The translations under genes and the position numbers were made by a program. Shown in pieces: positions 38,468 through 47,374 of a stretch of 64,000 nucleotides of DNA (positions are counted from its first letter, which is position 1; the number at the start of each line of letters is the position of its first letter). Source of the DNA: an uncultured beta proteobacterium (GTDB lineage: Bacteria; Pseudomonadota; Gammaproteobacteria; Burkholderiales; Burkholderiaceae_C); contig CAJBBZ010000191.1 in NCBI GenBank assembly GCA_903951445.1, positions 2,316-66,315 on the forward strand. Reading direction: 5' to 3'. Below the pieces are notes generated by a model. That model did no database searches and was not told the DNA's origin. It saw nothing but the letters and a program-made list of their open reading frames with translations.

Positions 38468-40099
38468 GTGCTGAATTTATTTCATTCTGTGTTTCCTATG
38501 CGCTATCTGGCATTTACGCTGTGCGCGGTCGGCTTGTTGCTGTCCTTGCTGGTCTGGGTCGGTGGCGGGCATGTGCTTCCCGTCTTGGTATTTGGCTACT
38601 TGGTGGGCACGGGGTTTCACGACTTGCTGCAAACCAAGCGTGCAATTTTGCGCAATTACCCGGTTATCGGGCATATGCGCTTTCTGCTGGAATTTATCCG
38701 GCCCGAAATCCGGCAATACTTCATCGAGAGCGAAAACGAAGCCGCGCCTTTTTCGCGCGCACAGCGTTCGCTGGTCTATCAGCGCGCCAAGGGCGATTCG
38801 GACAAGCGGCCTTTCGGCACCCAGCTCGATACCCACGCTACCGGCCATGAATGGATGACGCACTCGGTAGCGCCGACCACACTGGCCTCGCACGACTTTC
38901 GCATCACCATCGGGCCGCACACTGCGCAGCCCTACAGCGCCAGCGTGTTCAATATCTCAGCCATGAGTTTTGGCGCGCTTAGCGCCAATGCCATCAGCGC
39001 GCTCAATGCCGGTGCCAAGCGCGGCGGGTTTGCGCACGACACCGGCGAAGGCTCTATCTCGGCACACCACCGCAAACACGGCGGCGACTTGATCTGGGAA
39101 GTGGCATCGGGCTACTTTGGTTGCCGCAATGACGACGGCACCTTTAGCGCCGAAAAATTCAAAGCCAATGCGCGCGACCCGCAGGTCAAGATGATCGAGA
39201 TCAAACTCAGCCAGGGCGCCAAGCCCGGCCATGGCGGCGTGCTGCCCGGCCCCAAGGTCACGCCCGAGATCGCCGAGGCGCGCGGTGTGCCGGTGGGTGT
39301 GGACTGCGTCTCGCCTGCCTCGCATAGCGCGTTTGGCACGCCAACCGAGCTGATGCATTTCGTGGCCCGTTTGCGCGAACTCTCGGGCGGTAAACCCACG
39401 GGTTTTAAGCTCTGCATCGGACACCCCTGGGAATGGTTTGCCATGGTCAAGGCCATGCTGCAAACCGGCATCACGCCAGACTTCATCGTGGTCGATGGCA
39501 CCGAAGGCGGCACTGGTGCTGCGCCGCTGGAATTTATCGACCACGTCGGTTCGCCTTTGCAAGAGGGCCTCATCTTGGTGCACAACAGCTTGCGTGGCGC
39601 CGGGCTGCGCTCGCAGATCATGATCGGCTGCGCCGGTAAAGTGGTCAGTGCTTTTGACATCGCCCGACTGATGGCCCTAGGCGCCAACTGGTGCAATAGC
39701 GCGCGTGGCTTTATGTTTGCCATCGGCTGTATCCAGGCGCAAACCTGCCACACCGGCCACTGCCCTACGGGCGTGACCACGCAAGACCCGCTGCGCCAGC
39801 AAGCGCTGGTGGTGGGCGACAAGGCCGAGCGCGTCTACCACTTCCACCAAAACACCTTGCACGCCCTCAAAGAACTGGTGCAAGCCGCGGGTGTGCAGCA
39901 CCCCAACGAGATCAACGCCCACCACATCGTGCGCCGCACCGGCGACCACACCGTAGACAGCCTGGCCCACGCCTTGCTGCGCGAAATCCCCGAAGGCAGC
40001 TTGCTCAAAGACACGCTGGACAAGCTGCCCATGGTGTACCAGCACCACTGGCCCAAGGCCAGTGCGGATAGCTTTGCTTTGCAGGCCGAGATGGCTTAA
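38468..40099 (+). CDS. FMN-binding glutamate-synthase-family protein (GltS FMN-domain homologue) with N-terminal TM segments
   Basis: 543 aa. ISAMSFGALS, IKLSQGAKPGHGG, VVDGTEGGTGAAP and HTGHCPTGVTTQD motifs. The start could be the ATG at 38498. Confidence 0.85.
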   Translation: MLNLFHSVFPMRYLAFTLCAVGLLLSLLVWVGGGHVLPVLVFGYLVGTGFHDLLQTKRAILRNYPVIGHMRFLLEFIRPEIRQYFIESENEAAPFSRAQRSLVYQRAKGDSDKRPFGTQLDTHATGHEWMTHSVAPTTLASHDFRITIGPHTAQPYSASVFNISAMSFGALSANAISALNAGAKRGGFAHDTGEGSISAHHRKHGGDLIWEVASGYFGCRNDDGTFSAEKFKANARDPQVKMIEIKLSQGAKPGHGGVLPGPKVTPEIAEARGVPVGVDCVSPASHSAFGTPTELMHFVARLRELSGGKPTGFKLCIGHPWEWFAMVKAMLQTGITPDFIVVDGTEGGTGAAPLEFIDHVGSPLQEGLILVHNSLRGAGLRSQIMIGCAGKVVSAFDIARLMALGANWCNSARGFMFAIGCIQAQTCHTGHCPTGVTTQDPLRQQALVVGDKAERVYHFHQNTLHALKELVQAAGVQHPNEINAHHIVRRTGDHTVDSLAHALLREIPEGSLLKDTLDKLPMVYQHHWPKASADSFALQAEMA

Positions 40100-40101
40100 G
40101 G

Positions 40102-40322
40102 GCAAAGCCTAAGACGGAGGCCGAATTCATCCGCCGTGGCATCGCTGCCATCGACGCAATCAGGCGCGACGCAAGCGGTATACCTGCTGACCGGGTGATC
40201 GCCCAATAATGTCCGTTTCATTCTTCCCACCTCCCACCACAAGCTTGTGTATCGGCGCATCAACGCAGACGTGTATGTTTACGCGCTTGCCGCGCACCGG
40301 CAGAATTTCCCTACGCTCTTGA
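40102..40322 (+). pseudogene. Possible toxin-antitoxin remnant (3' fragment of an antitoxin-like frame plus a 37-codon ORF joined by TAATG)
   Basis: An open frame with no start codon reads ...AEFIRRGIAAIDAIRRDASGIPADRVIAQ*. Its stop overlaps an ATG opening a short ORF (40209-40322). This is a pattern-level resemblance only. Confidence 0.2.
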
Positions 40323-40354
40323 TGAAGCGCTTATTGAATATTTAGGGGTTTGAA

Positions 40355-40780
40355 ATGGAAATGATCGATTTGCTAAAAAAGGTCACCGCCGCCAGCGGCT
40401 TTACGCATGCCGCAGGGGTGGAGGTCGTAGCGGCTGAAGTGGGAGCCGTGACGCTGGCGCTGGCCAGAAAGCCAGAGCTTTTGCAGTTCAGCGGATCGTT
40501 CCACGGCGGTGTACTGGCGGGCCTGGCCGACCATTGTGCCGGCGCTGCGGCCACCACGACCCTGGCTCCCGGCAAGATTGCAGTGACCGTGGATTTGCAC
40601 ATCAACTACCTGGCGCCCGCCAATGGCGAGAAGATCACTGCGACCGCCCAGTGCGTTCAGACCGGAAGCACCTTGTGCGTGGTATCGGTCTCGGTGTGCT
40701 CTATACGCGGCGGCGAGGCCAAGGTATGCGCCATTGCCACGGTTACTTTGCGCGTGGTGGATATGCCTCGGATGGCGTAA
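40355..40780 (+). CDS. PaaI-family (hotdog-fold) thioesterase
   Basis: 141 aa. The GSFHGGVLAGLADHCAG...VDLHINYLAP pattern is typical of PaaI/YbgC-type thioesterases. Confidence 0.8.
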   Translation: MEMIDLLKKVTAASGFTHAAGVEVVAAEVGAVTLALARKPELLQFSGSFHGGVLAGLADHCAGAAATTTLAPGKIAVTVDLHINYLAPANGEKITATAQCVQTGSTLCVVSVSVCSIRGGEAKVCAIATVTLRVVDMPRMA

Positions 40781-40999
40781 AGGGTGGGTACAAGCCCGGT
40801 TTAGCTTGAGCACCGTGACAGGTATGGGCCATCTGCGGACATTAACCAATGACCGGTAACTGGAGCCCAATTTACCCTAGTTGTCGATCAGGTCTGACAG
40901 CCAAAATTTCAGCCCTTTAATAAATCTTTACTGTATCCTCATGCTCAATGACCAATAAAAGGACGAGTTGATACAGGATAGGTCGGATATGGATAATTG

Positions 41000-41950
41000 C
41001 TAATTTGATTGTTTTCTTGAATTAATCCAGTGATCTAAAGAAACCGCTATCAGCAGAATCGCCCCCTTGATAACATCTTGAAAATAGACCGAAACATCCA
41101 ACAAGATTAACGAGCTTGTAACCACAGAAAGTAGTGCCAAACCCAACACCGCACCGTAAATCGTTCCTGAGCCACCCTTCAAGCTTGCTCCACCAATGAC
41201 GGCCGCCGCAATTACATTTAACTCCATACCCACACCAAAGGTCGGCGTAGCTGCACCAAACCGGGCGGTGTAGACGACGCCAGCGATTCCCGACATGGTT
41301 CCACAAAGTACGGTAACCCAAAGCTTGACGCTATTCACATCGATACCAGCGTACATTGCTGCGCGCTCATTGCTTCCTGTATAAAAAACTTTACGAAATA
41401 AAACTGAGTTGCGCAATATGTAGTCGCTGACTACAACTATAAAACCAAAAATTAGGATCACGACTGGTAGCCCATAAATCGTTCCTTGACCAATTAATTT
41501 GAACTCTGCTGGTAGTGAAAAAAGTGACTGCGGAGTCCCTTGCGTAATGGCCAAACTCAGACCTCTGGCAATCACCATAAATGCGAGGGATGCAATGAAA
41601 TGACTCAAACCAATTTTGGTAACACAAAGACCCATACATAGTCCTATACCAGCGCTGGCTACAACAGCTATGACGCTTGCTGTCCAAGGGTCAAATCCGT
41701 GGAGAAACAGGGCACCGACAATAACCATAGACAGGCATACGACGGAGCCGACTGCCAGGTCGATTCCGCCCACAATAAGAAGCACCGTCATGCCTACAAC
41801 AACGATCCCCTCAATTGCAAAAGAGAGCAACATCGCCCGCATATTCTCCCAAGTCAGGAAAAACTCAGAAGCAAAAGACATCACTAAACAAAGAGCAGCA
41901 ATGATGACTATTAATCCAGCTTCACGGAGATTATTTGTTTTCAATTTCAT
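41000..41950 (-). CDS. Sugar ABC transporter permease (RbsC/CUT2 family)
   Basis: 316 aa, ~9 TM segments, GGIDLAVGSV motif. The gene is strongly AT-rich relative to the host genes. Confidence 0.88.
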   Translation of the reverse strand: MKLKTNNLREAGLIVIIAALCLVMSFASEFFLTWENMRAMLLSFAIEGIVVVGMTVLLIVGGIDLAVGSVVCLSMVIVGALFLHGFDPWTASVIAVVASAGIGLCMGLCVTKIGLSHFIASLAFMVIARGLSLAITQGTPQSLFSLPAEFKLIGQGTIYGLPVVILIFGFIVVVSDYILRNSVLFRKVFYTGSNERAAMYAGIDVNSVKLWVTVLCGTMSGIAGVVYTARFGAATPTFGVGMELNVIAAAVIGGASLKGGSGTIYGAVLGLALLSVVTSSLILLDVSVYFQDVIKGAILLIAVSLDHWINSRKQSN

Positions 41951-41960
41951 TTATTCATTC

Positions 41961-43454
41961 CTAGGCCATTCCAGACGCCATTCGCAAAATTGACTCTTCA
42001 GTGGTTTCGTGCGCGCTTAACTGTCCAACTACGGTACCGTTACGAATAACGATCGTCCGATCACATAAGCCAATAATTTCAGGAAGTTCAGACGAAATGA
42101 CTGCAACTCCCACACCTTCGTTGCAGAGTTGCCTCAGTACCTGATGGATTTCCGCCTTTGCGCCGACGTCGACGCCCCGGGTAGGTTCATCCATAAAAAT
42201 GATTCTTGGCCTGGTAGCCAGTAATTTTGCGATTGCGACTTTTTGTTGATTGCCTCCAGATAAGCTTGAAGTATTGGCAGCGACACTGCTAGCCTTAAGC
42301 TTTAGCCGTAGTCCAAGTTCCTCTGCTTGGACTTTTTCTTTTTCAGCGTCCACAGTCATCATGGTTGTCTGAACGGCTATTAGCGCCATAGATGAGATAT
42401 TGGATTGAATACTGAGATCCAAGAAGACGCCTTCTGACTTCCGGTCTTCGCTTAGGTAAGCTATTCCTTCAGCCAGTGCAGCCCGATACGAACTTGCATT
42501 GACAGGCTCACCATTGATCTTGACCGAGCCGCTAGTCTTAGGAGTAAGACCACAGATCGTTTTCGCTATTTCAGACCTGCCAGCACCCACCAATCCAGCG
42601 ATTCCTAAAATTTCGCCAGGCAATATCTGAAATGAAACTGAATTGACACGACTAGCATCGCTGACATTGATCACCTCAAAGAGCGGGTCAGTGCCAATTG
42701 TTTTTGATTTTTCGGGGTAGTATTTTCCTAGCTCACGGCCTACCATTTTGCTAATGATTTCATCTGGTGTTGTGTCTTTCACCAAACCATTAAAGACACT
42801 TGCCCCATCTCTAAGCACGGTTATATGGGAGCAGTTATCAAAGATTTCAGCCATCCGGTGACTGATGTAGACGATGCCAATTCCGCCTTTGGCCAAGCTA
42901 CGTAAAATTTTGAAGAGAGACTTTGACTCGACTTCTGTTAAAGACGTCGTTGGCTCATCCAGAATCAAGATTTTGCAATCGAGCGCCAGAGCCTTCGCTA
43001 TTTCGACGAGTTGTTGATTTGATAGAGTCAAATTTTCAACATTTATCGATGTATCGATCTCCTTGTCCAAGGTATTGATGATCTTCTTAGCGCGTACCTG
43101 CAATTCTTGGTAGTCCATCAGCAGTCGTTTTGACTGATTGATTTCGTACATAAATATATTTTCAGCTACTGACGCCGACCCACAAAGCGATATCTCCTGA
43201 TGTACCAATGAAATCCCCAGGCGGGCTGCATGTCCTGGATCCCTAATTAAGACCTGCGTTCCCTCGATAAAAATTTGCCCAACATCGGGTTGAAGGATGC
43301 CGTCGATCACCTTCATCAAGGTTGATTTCCCTGCGCCGTTCTCGCCACAGACTGCATGAATCTGTCCGGCTTGGAGAGAAAAATCAACACCAATCAGGGC
43401 ATTTGTTGCCCCAAATGACTTCTTGACTCCACGTAACTCGAGCAGCATCCTCAA
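41961..43454 (-). CDS. Sugar ABC transporter ATP-binding protein (duplicated ABC domains, RbsA/CUT2 type)
   Basis: 497 aa. GENGAGKST Walker A in the first half, a second LSGGNQQKV signature in the second half. Confidence 0.9.
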   Translation of the reverse strand: MRMLLELRGVKKSFGATNALIGVDFSLQAGQIHAVCGENGAGKSTLMKVIDGILQPDVGQIFIEGTQVLIRDPGHAARLGISLVHQEISLCGSASVAENIFMYEINQSKRLLMDYQELQVRAKKIINTLDKEIDTSINVENLTLSNQQLVEIAKALALDCKILILDEPTTSLTEVESKSLFKILRSLAKGGIGIVYISHRMAEIFDNCSHITVLRDGASVFNGLVKDTTPDEIISKMVGRELGKYYPEKSKTIGTDPLFEVINVSDASRVNSVSFQILPGEILGIAGLVGAGRSEIAKTICGLTPKTSGSVKINGEPVNASSYRAALAEGIAYLSEDRKSEGVFLDLSIQSNISSMALIAVQTTMMTVDAEKEKVQAEELGLRLKLKASSVAANTSSLSGGNQQKVAIAKLLATRPRIIFMDEPTRGVDVGAKAEIHQVLRQLCNEGVGVAVISSELPEIIGLCDRTIVIRNGTVVGQLSAHETTEESILRMASGMA

Positions 43455-43457
43455 TCC

Positions 43458-44489
43458 TTATTCGTTTATGCCTTTGGTTCCTCGACGAGTTAAGTACTTG
43501 TCCCAGTAGAAGTCATCGGCATTTGCTTTTGTGACGACTGAAAGTCCATTATCCAAGAACGGGATAGACATGGGGTTCCGGCCTGACCTCTTTGCGTCAT
43601 TCATCGGATCAATTAGTTGTGTATTTTTCGCCATGAAAAGGAGCATCATGCCAGCGAAGCCTTGCATCCCTTGGTTAGGGTTAATTGAAGCAAACACATC
43701 GCCCGATTTGATCATGTCAAGTATCTTGGCATTGACGTCACAGCACATCACCTTGATGTCTTTTTTCGATTCCACTTTTGCTTGTGCTGCACCCAATGCA
43801 GTGGTTGCTTCTGGCATAAACAATGCGCCAAGATTCGGATTTGCTTGCAGCATGCTCAGAACAGCTTGGTAAGCTTTATTCGCGTCTGTATTTGACGCTG
43901 CTCGACCCACCAGTTTCATGTTGGGGTGATTCGATTTCATTCGATCGATAAAGGCGGTAATTCGGCGCTCGTGGTTGTCCTGTCCTGGATTTTCCAAGAC
44001 GCCATACTCACCCTTTCCACCCATCGCGGCGGCAATAGCATCTGCTGCAGCCACACCTTCACGGTGGTTATCTGACGTGACAAATGAAACGCGTTTTGAG
44101 TTAGGTGAGTCTGCAGCAAAAGTTACAACCGGGATCCCCATTGAAGCGGCTCTAGCGATTGGCTCAATGAATGGATCGGGATTCATGGGGTGCAGAAAGA
44201 TTCCAGCTGGCTTTCTGGCGAGTTGCTGCTCAAAAGTTGCTAGTTGCTTGTTGACATCGTACTCAGGCGTACCTGTGTAACGAGTTTTCACTCCCAGTGA
44301 CTTGCCCAATTGCTTAAACATCTCGTAGACGGGGAACCAGTACTCCACCCCGCTGACCATCACGTTCATGACGTACGTGTCGTTTGGGTTGCCACGCAGG
44401 CCGACTGTGCTTGCCGATTGTGCAAATGCGTTCAGTGACGCCATTCCGGCGCCTGCGGCGACAGCTGTTTTTAGAAATTCACGCCTCAT
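43458..44489 (-). CDS. Periplasmic sugar-binding protein (RbsB-like) with twin-arginine signal
   Basis: N-terminus MRREFLKTAVAAGAGMASLNAFA-QS matches the Tat consensus RRxFLK. PBP type-I fold pattern. Confidence 0.85.
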   Translation of the reverse strand: MRREFLKTAVAAGAGMASLNAFAQSASTVGLRGNPNDTYVMNVMVSGVEYWFPVYEMFKQLGKSLGVKTRYTGTPEYDVNKQLATFEQQLARKPAGIFLHPMNPDPFIEPIARAASMGIPVVTFAADSPNSKRVSFVTSDNHREGVAAADAIAAAMGGKGEYGVLENPGQDNHERRITAFIDRMKSNHPNMKLVGRAASNTDANKAYQAVLSMLQANPNLGALFMPEATTALGAAQAKVESKKDIKVMCCDVNAKILDMIKSGDVFASINPNQGMQGFAGMMLLFMAKNTQLIDPMNDAKRSGRNPMSIPFLDNGLSVVTKANADDFYWDKYLTRRGTKGINE

Positions 44490-44536
44490 TTTGACTCCTC
44501 GATTGATGTTAAAAAAATGGCTGTCTGGTCAGCCTG

Positions 44537-44567
44537 ATGACATGAAACAGTACTTGTTGTCATGACA
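44537..44567. promoter_or_regulatory. Inverted repeats built from ATGTCAT/TGTCAT half-sites (candidate GntR operator)
   Basis: ATGACA(44537-42)...TGTCAT(44558-63), with a perfect 10-bp palindrome TGTCATGACA at 44558-44567. Located in the divergent SBP/GMC promoter region. Confidence 0.35.
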
Positions 44568-44643
44568 GGATTAACTTTAAAACACAAAATTTTGCAGGAG
44601 AATAAGGATAAACCCTTACAAAAGCTGAATAAACGCAGATATG

Positions 44644-44655
44644 ATGTCATTACAT
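44644..44655. promoter_or_regulatory. ATGTCATTACAT motif, copy 1
   Basis: The identical 12-mer recurs at 50477-50488 in the other divergent promoter region of the island. It has ATGT/ACAT arms. Confidence 0.35.
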
Positions 44656-44728
44656 GTAAGGGATGGCAAAGGATTTTGGAAATGACGACTCTTGGGCACT
44701 TTATTGACGCAAACCTGGTAGGTTCGGC

Positions 44729-46384
44729 ATGACTGCGGTTAGCTATGACTACATCGTCGTAGGTGGTGGGACGGCTGGCGCCCTGCTGGCAAACAGGCTC
44801 AGCGCAGACTCCAAAAATTCGGTGCTTCTGGTGGAAGCCGGTGGCCGCGACAACTACCATTGGATCCACATACCCGTTGGCTATCTTTACTGCATCAACA
44901 ACCCCAAAACCGACTGGTGCTTACGCACTGAACCTGATCCCGGCCTTAACGGCCGATCGTTGATCTACCCGCGCGGCAAGACGCTGGGTGGCTGCTCAAG
45001 CATTAACGGAATGATATACATGCGTGGCCAGTCTCGTGACTACGACGCGTGGGCCGACCAGCTACGTGACCCGCAGTGGAGTTGGGCGTCGTGCCTGCCC
45101 TACTTCAAGCAACACGAGTGGCACCACCGGCTGGATGCGAAGAACCAGAACAAAAGCTTTCCTACTGCTGATTTTCATAGCGGGCAGGGCGAATGGCGTG
45201 TGGAGCGGCAGCGCCTGCGATGGGATTTGCTAGATGCGTTTGCCCAGGCGGCGCAACAGGCTGGTGTTCCCCGGAGCGATGACTTCAACGCGGGCAATAA
45301 CGAAGGCGTGGGCTACTTTGAAGTGAACCAGAAATCGGGGTTGCGTTGGAACACCTCCAAGGCATTCCTCAATGCCGACGTGCGGCGCAGGAAAAATCTC
45401 GCCATCTGGACTCAGACACAGGCCTGCAAGTTGCTGCTGGTGAGCGACGCGCATGGCATAACGGCCTGCCGTGGTCTAGAGGTAATACGAGAAGGGCAAC
45501 GGGTTTCGCTCACCGCCCGCAAGGAGGTCGTGCTGTGCGCAGGTGCCGTTGGTACGCCGCACCTGATGCAGCTCTCGGGGCTTGGACCATCGGCGTTGCT
45601 AGCTAAGTTTGGTATCCCAGTGGTGAAGTCCATGGAGGGCGTCGGCCAGAACCTGCAGGACCACCTGCAGATCCGGGCGGTGTACACCGTCCAGAACGCC
45701 CTGACGCTGAACACCTTGGCCAACTCCTGGTGGGGGCAACTCAAAATTGGGATGGAGTATGTGTTCTTGCGCAGCGGACCTATGAGCATGTCGCCATCAC
45801 AGCTAGGTGTGTTTACCCGAAGTGTCGCAGGGCGGACGCATCCCAACATTCAGTTCCATGTGCAGCCGCTGAGCTTAGACGCTTTTGGCCAGCCTTTGCA
45901 CCGCTTTCCGGCTTTGACTGCCAGCGTTTGCAACCTGAATCCCACTAGCCGGGGCGGTGTGGCCATCAAGTCGAATGACTTCAGTGTGGCGCCGGCCATC
46001 GCGCCCAACTACCTCAGCACCTACGAAGACCAACAGGTCGCGGCTGACTCGCTGCGGGTGGCGCGCAACATCATGGCGCAGCCCGCCTTGCAGACCTATA
46101 AGCCCGCTGAGTTCAAGCCGGGTGTGCAGTACCAAACCGATGCGGAATTGACCCAATTGGCAGGTGATATCGCCACCACTATCTTCCATCCGGTAGGCAC
46201 GGCCAAGATGGGTTTGGCACAAGATGCTATGTCGGTCACAGACAGCCGGCTGCGTGTCCATGGCATCCGCGGGCTGCGCATCGCCGATGCGAGTGTGATG
46301 CCCACCATCGTCAGCGGCAATACCAACAGCCCCACGCTGATGATTGCGGAGAAAGCTGCCGCGTGGATACGTGCTGGCGAATAA
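44729..46384 (+). CDS. GMC-family FAD-dependent oxidoreductase (choline-dehydrogenase-like)
   Basis: 551 aa. YDYIVVGGGTAGALLANRLS ADP-binding motif, GGCSSINGMIYMRG, and C-terminal HPVGTAKMG...VHGIRGLRIADASVMP. Confidence 0.9.
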   Translation: MTAVSYDYIVVGGGTAGALLANRLSADSKNSVLLVEAGGRDNYHWIHIPVGYLYCINNPKTDWCLRTEPDPGLNGRSLIYPRGKTLGGCSSINGMIYMRGQSRDYDAWADQLRDPQWSWASCLPYFKQHEWHHRLDAKNQNKSFPTADFHSGQGEWRVERQRLRWDLLDAFAQAAQQAGVPRSDDFNAGNNEGVGYFEVNQKSGLRWNTSKAFLNADVRRRKNLAIWTQTQACKLLLVSDAHGITACRGLEVIREGQRVSLTARKEVVLCAGAVGTPHLMQLSGLGPSALLAKFGIPVVKSMEGVGQNLQDHLQIRAVYTVQNALTLNTLANSWWGQLKIGMEYVFLRSGPMSMSPSQLGVFTRSVAGRTHPNIQFHVQPLSLDAFGQPLHRFPALTASVCNLNPTSRGGVAIKSNDFSVAPAIAPNYLSTYEDQQVAADSLRVARNIMAQPALQTYKPAEFKPGVQYQTDAELTQLAGDIATTIFHPVGTAKMGLAQDAMSVTDSRLRVHGIRGLRIADASVMPTIVSGNTNSPTLMIAEKAAAWIRAGE

Positions 46385-46401
46385 CTTTCAAGGACAACCC
46401 T

Positions 46402-46617
46402 ATGCCCATCGTTAACCTGCACCTCATCGCAGGACTGAGTCTTGACCAGAAGCGCACGCTGGTGGCCGAGATCACTCACATCTTGGCCCGGGTTACCGGT
46501 GCCAAGCCCGAGCGAACCCACATACTGATCCAGGAAGTGGCGGATGAGGCTTGGGGGCTAGAGGGACGGCTGGTACTAGACCGCAGGGCGCAGCCTCCCA
46601 AGGGGGCGGATCTTTAG
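46402..46617 (+). CDS. 4-oxalocrotonate-tautomerase-family protein
   Basis: 71 aa. MPIVNLHLIAGLSLDQKRTLVAEITHILARVTG with catalytic Pro1 context. Internal ATG of the track ORF. Confidence 0.8.
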   Translation: MPIVNLHLIAGLSLDQKRTLVAEITHILARVTGAKPERTHILIQEVADEAWGLEGRLVLDRRAQPPKGADL

Positions 46618-47363
46618 GCCTGGGTTCGCACGTGCAACCGCGTGTTCTGGCAGCGGTGCAGCGCCACGTAGTGCTCCACGGCGCGCCCGTCTTTGGTAAA
46701 GGCCACGGACTCAATGCGCAGCAAAGGCTCTGGCACCTCCAGCTGCAAGAGCTCCATGGTTTCGGCGTCGGGTAGCGCGGCGTCTATCCAGCGCTCCGCC
46801 CTGGCCACATGCAGCCCGTACTGGCGCCGCAGCACTTCGTACAGAGACTTGTCCTCCAGCCGGATTTTGTGCAGTTCTGGCGCCACATCGGTGGGGATGG
46901 CGGTACTGACTAGCAGCCGGATATTGCCGTCCACACTGCGCAGTCGCCGCAGCGATGTAACTTCGCTGTTGTTTTGCAGGCCTAGTGCAACGGCTTCTTT
47001 TTCGTCCGGCGCGCGTTGGCTCTGGTGCAGGATCTGAGTTTTGACAACCCGACCTTTGAGCGCCATCTCGTCCGAAAAGCCCAGCACCATAGAGATGAAG
47101 TCTTCGTCACGCTTGGGGGTGGAGATGAAGGCGCCCTTGCCCTTGATTTTGTAGATCAGGCCGCTGCGCACCAGGTCTGACAGCGTTTCGCGCACCACGA
47201 TGCGCGAGATGCCATACATCTCGCCAAGCTCTGCCTCAGAAGGCAGCTTTGCGTTGACTCCCAACTCCCCACTGACGATTTGCTGCCTCAGAATGTCCCT
47301 GAGCTGGATCCACAAAGGGCTTCCGATCTCGCGCTGAAGCAAATGCAATGGTCGAGAGGTCAC
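46614..47363 (-). CDS. GntR/HutC-family transcriptional regulator (winged HTH + UTRA)
   Basis: LPSEAELGEMYGISRIVVRETLSDLVRSGLIYKIKGKGAFI HTH. GTG at 47363 was chosen because the longer track ORF overlaps the upstream dehydrogenase gene. Confidence 0.82.
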   Translation of the reverse strand: MTSRPLHLLQREIGSPLWIQLRDILRQQIVSGELGVNAKLPSEAELGEMYGISRIVVRETLSDLVRSGLIYKIKGKGAFISTPKRDEDFISMVLGFSDEMALKGRVVKTQILHQSQRAPDEKEAVALGLQNNSEVTSLRRLRSVDGNIRLLVSTAIPTDVAPELHKIRLEDKSLYEVLRRQYGLHVARAERWIDAALPDAETMELLQLEVPEPLLRIESVAFTKDGRAVEHYVALHRCQNTRLHVRTQA

Positions 47364-47374
47364 ACACAGTCTTT

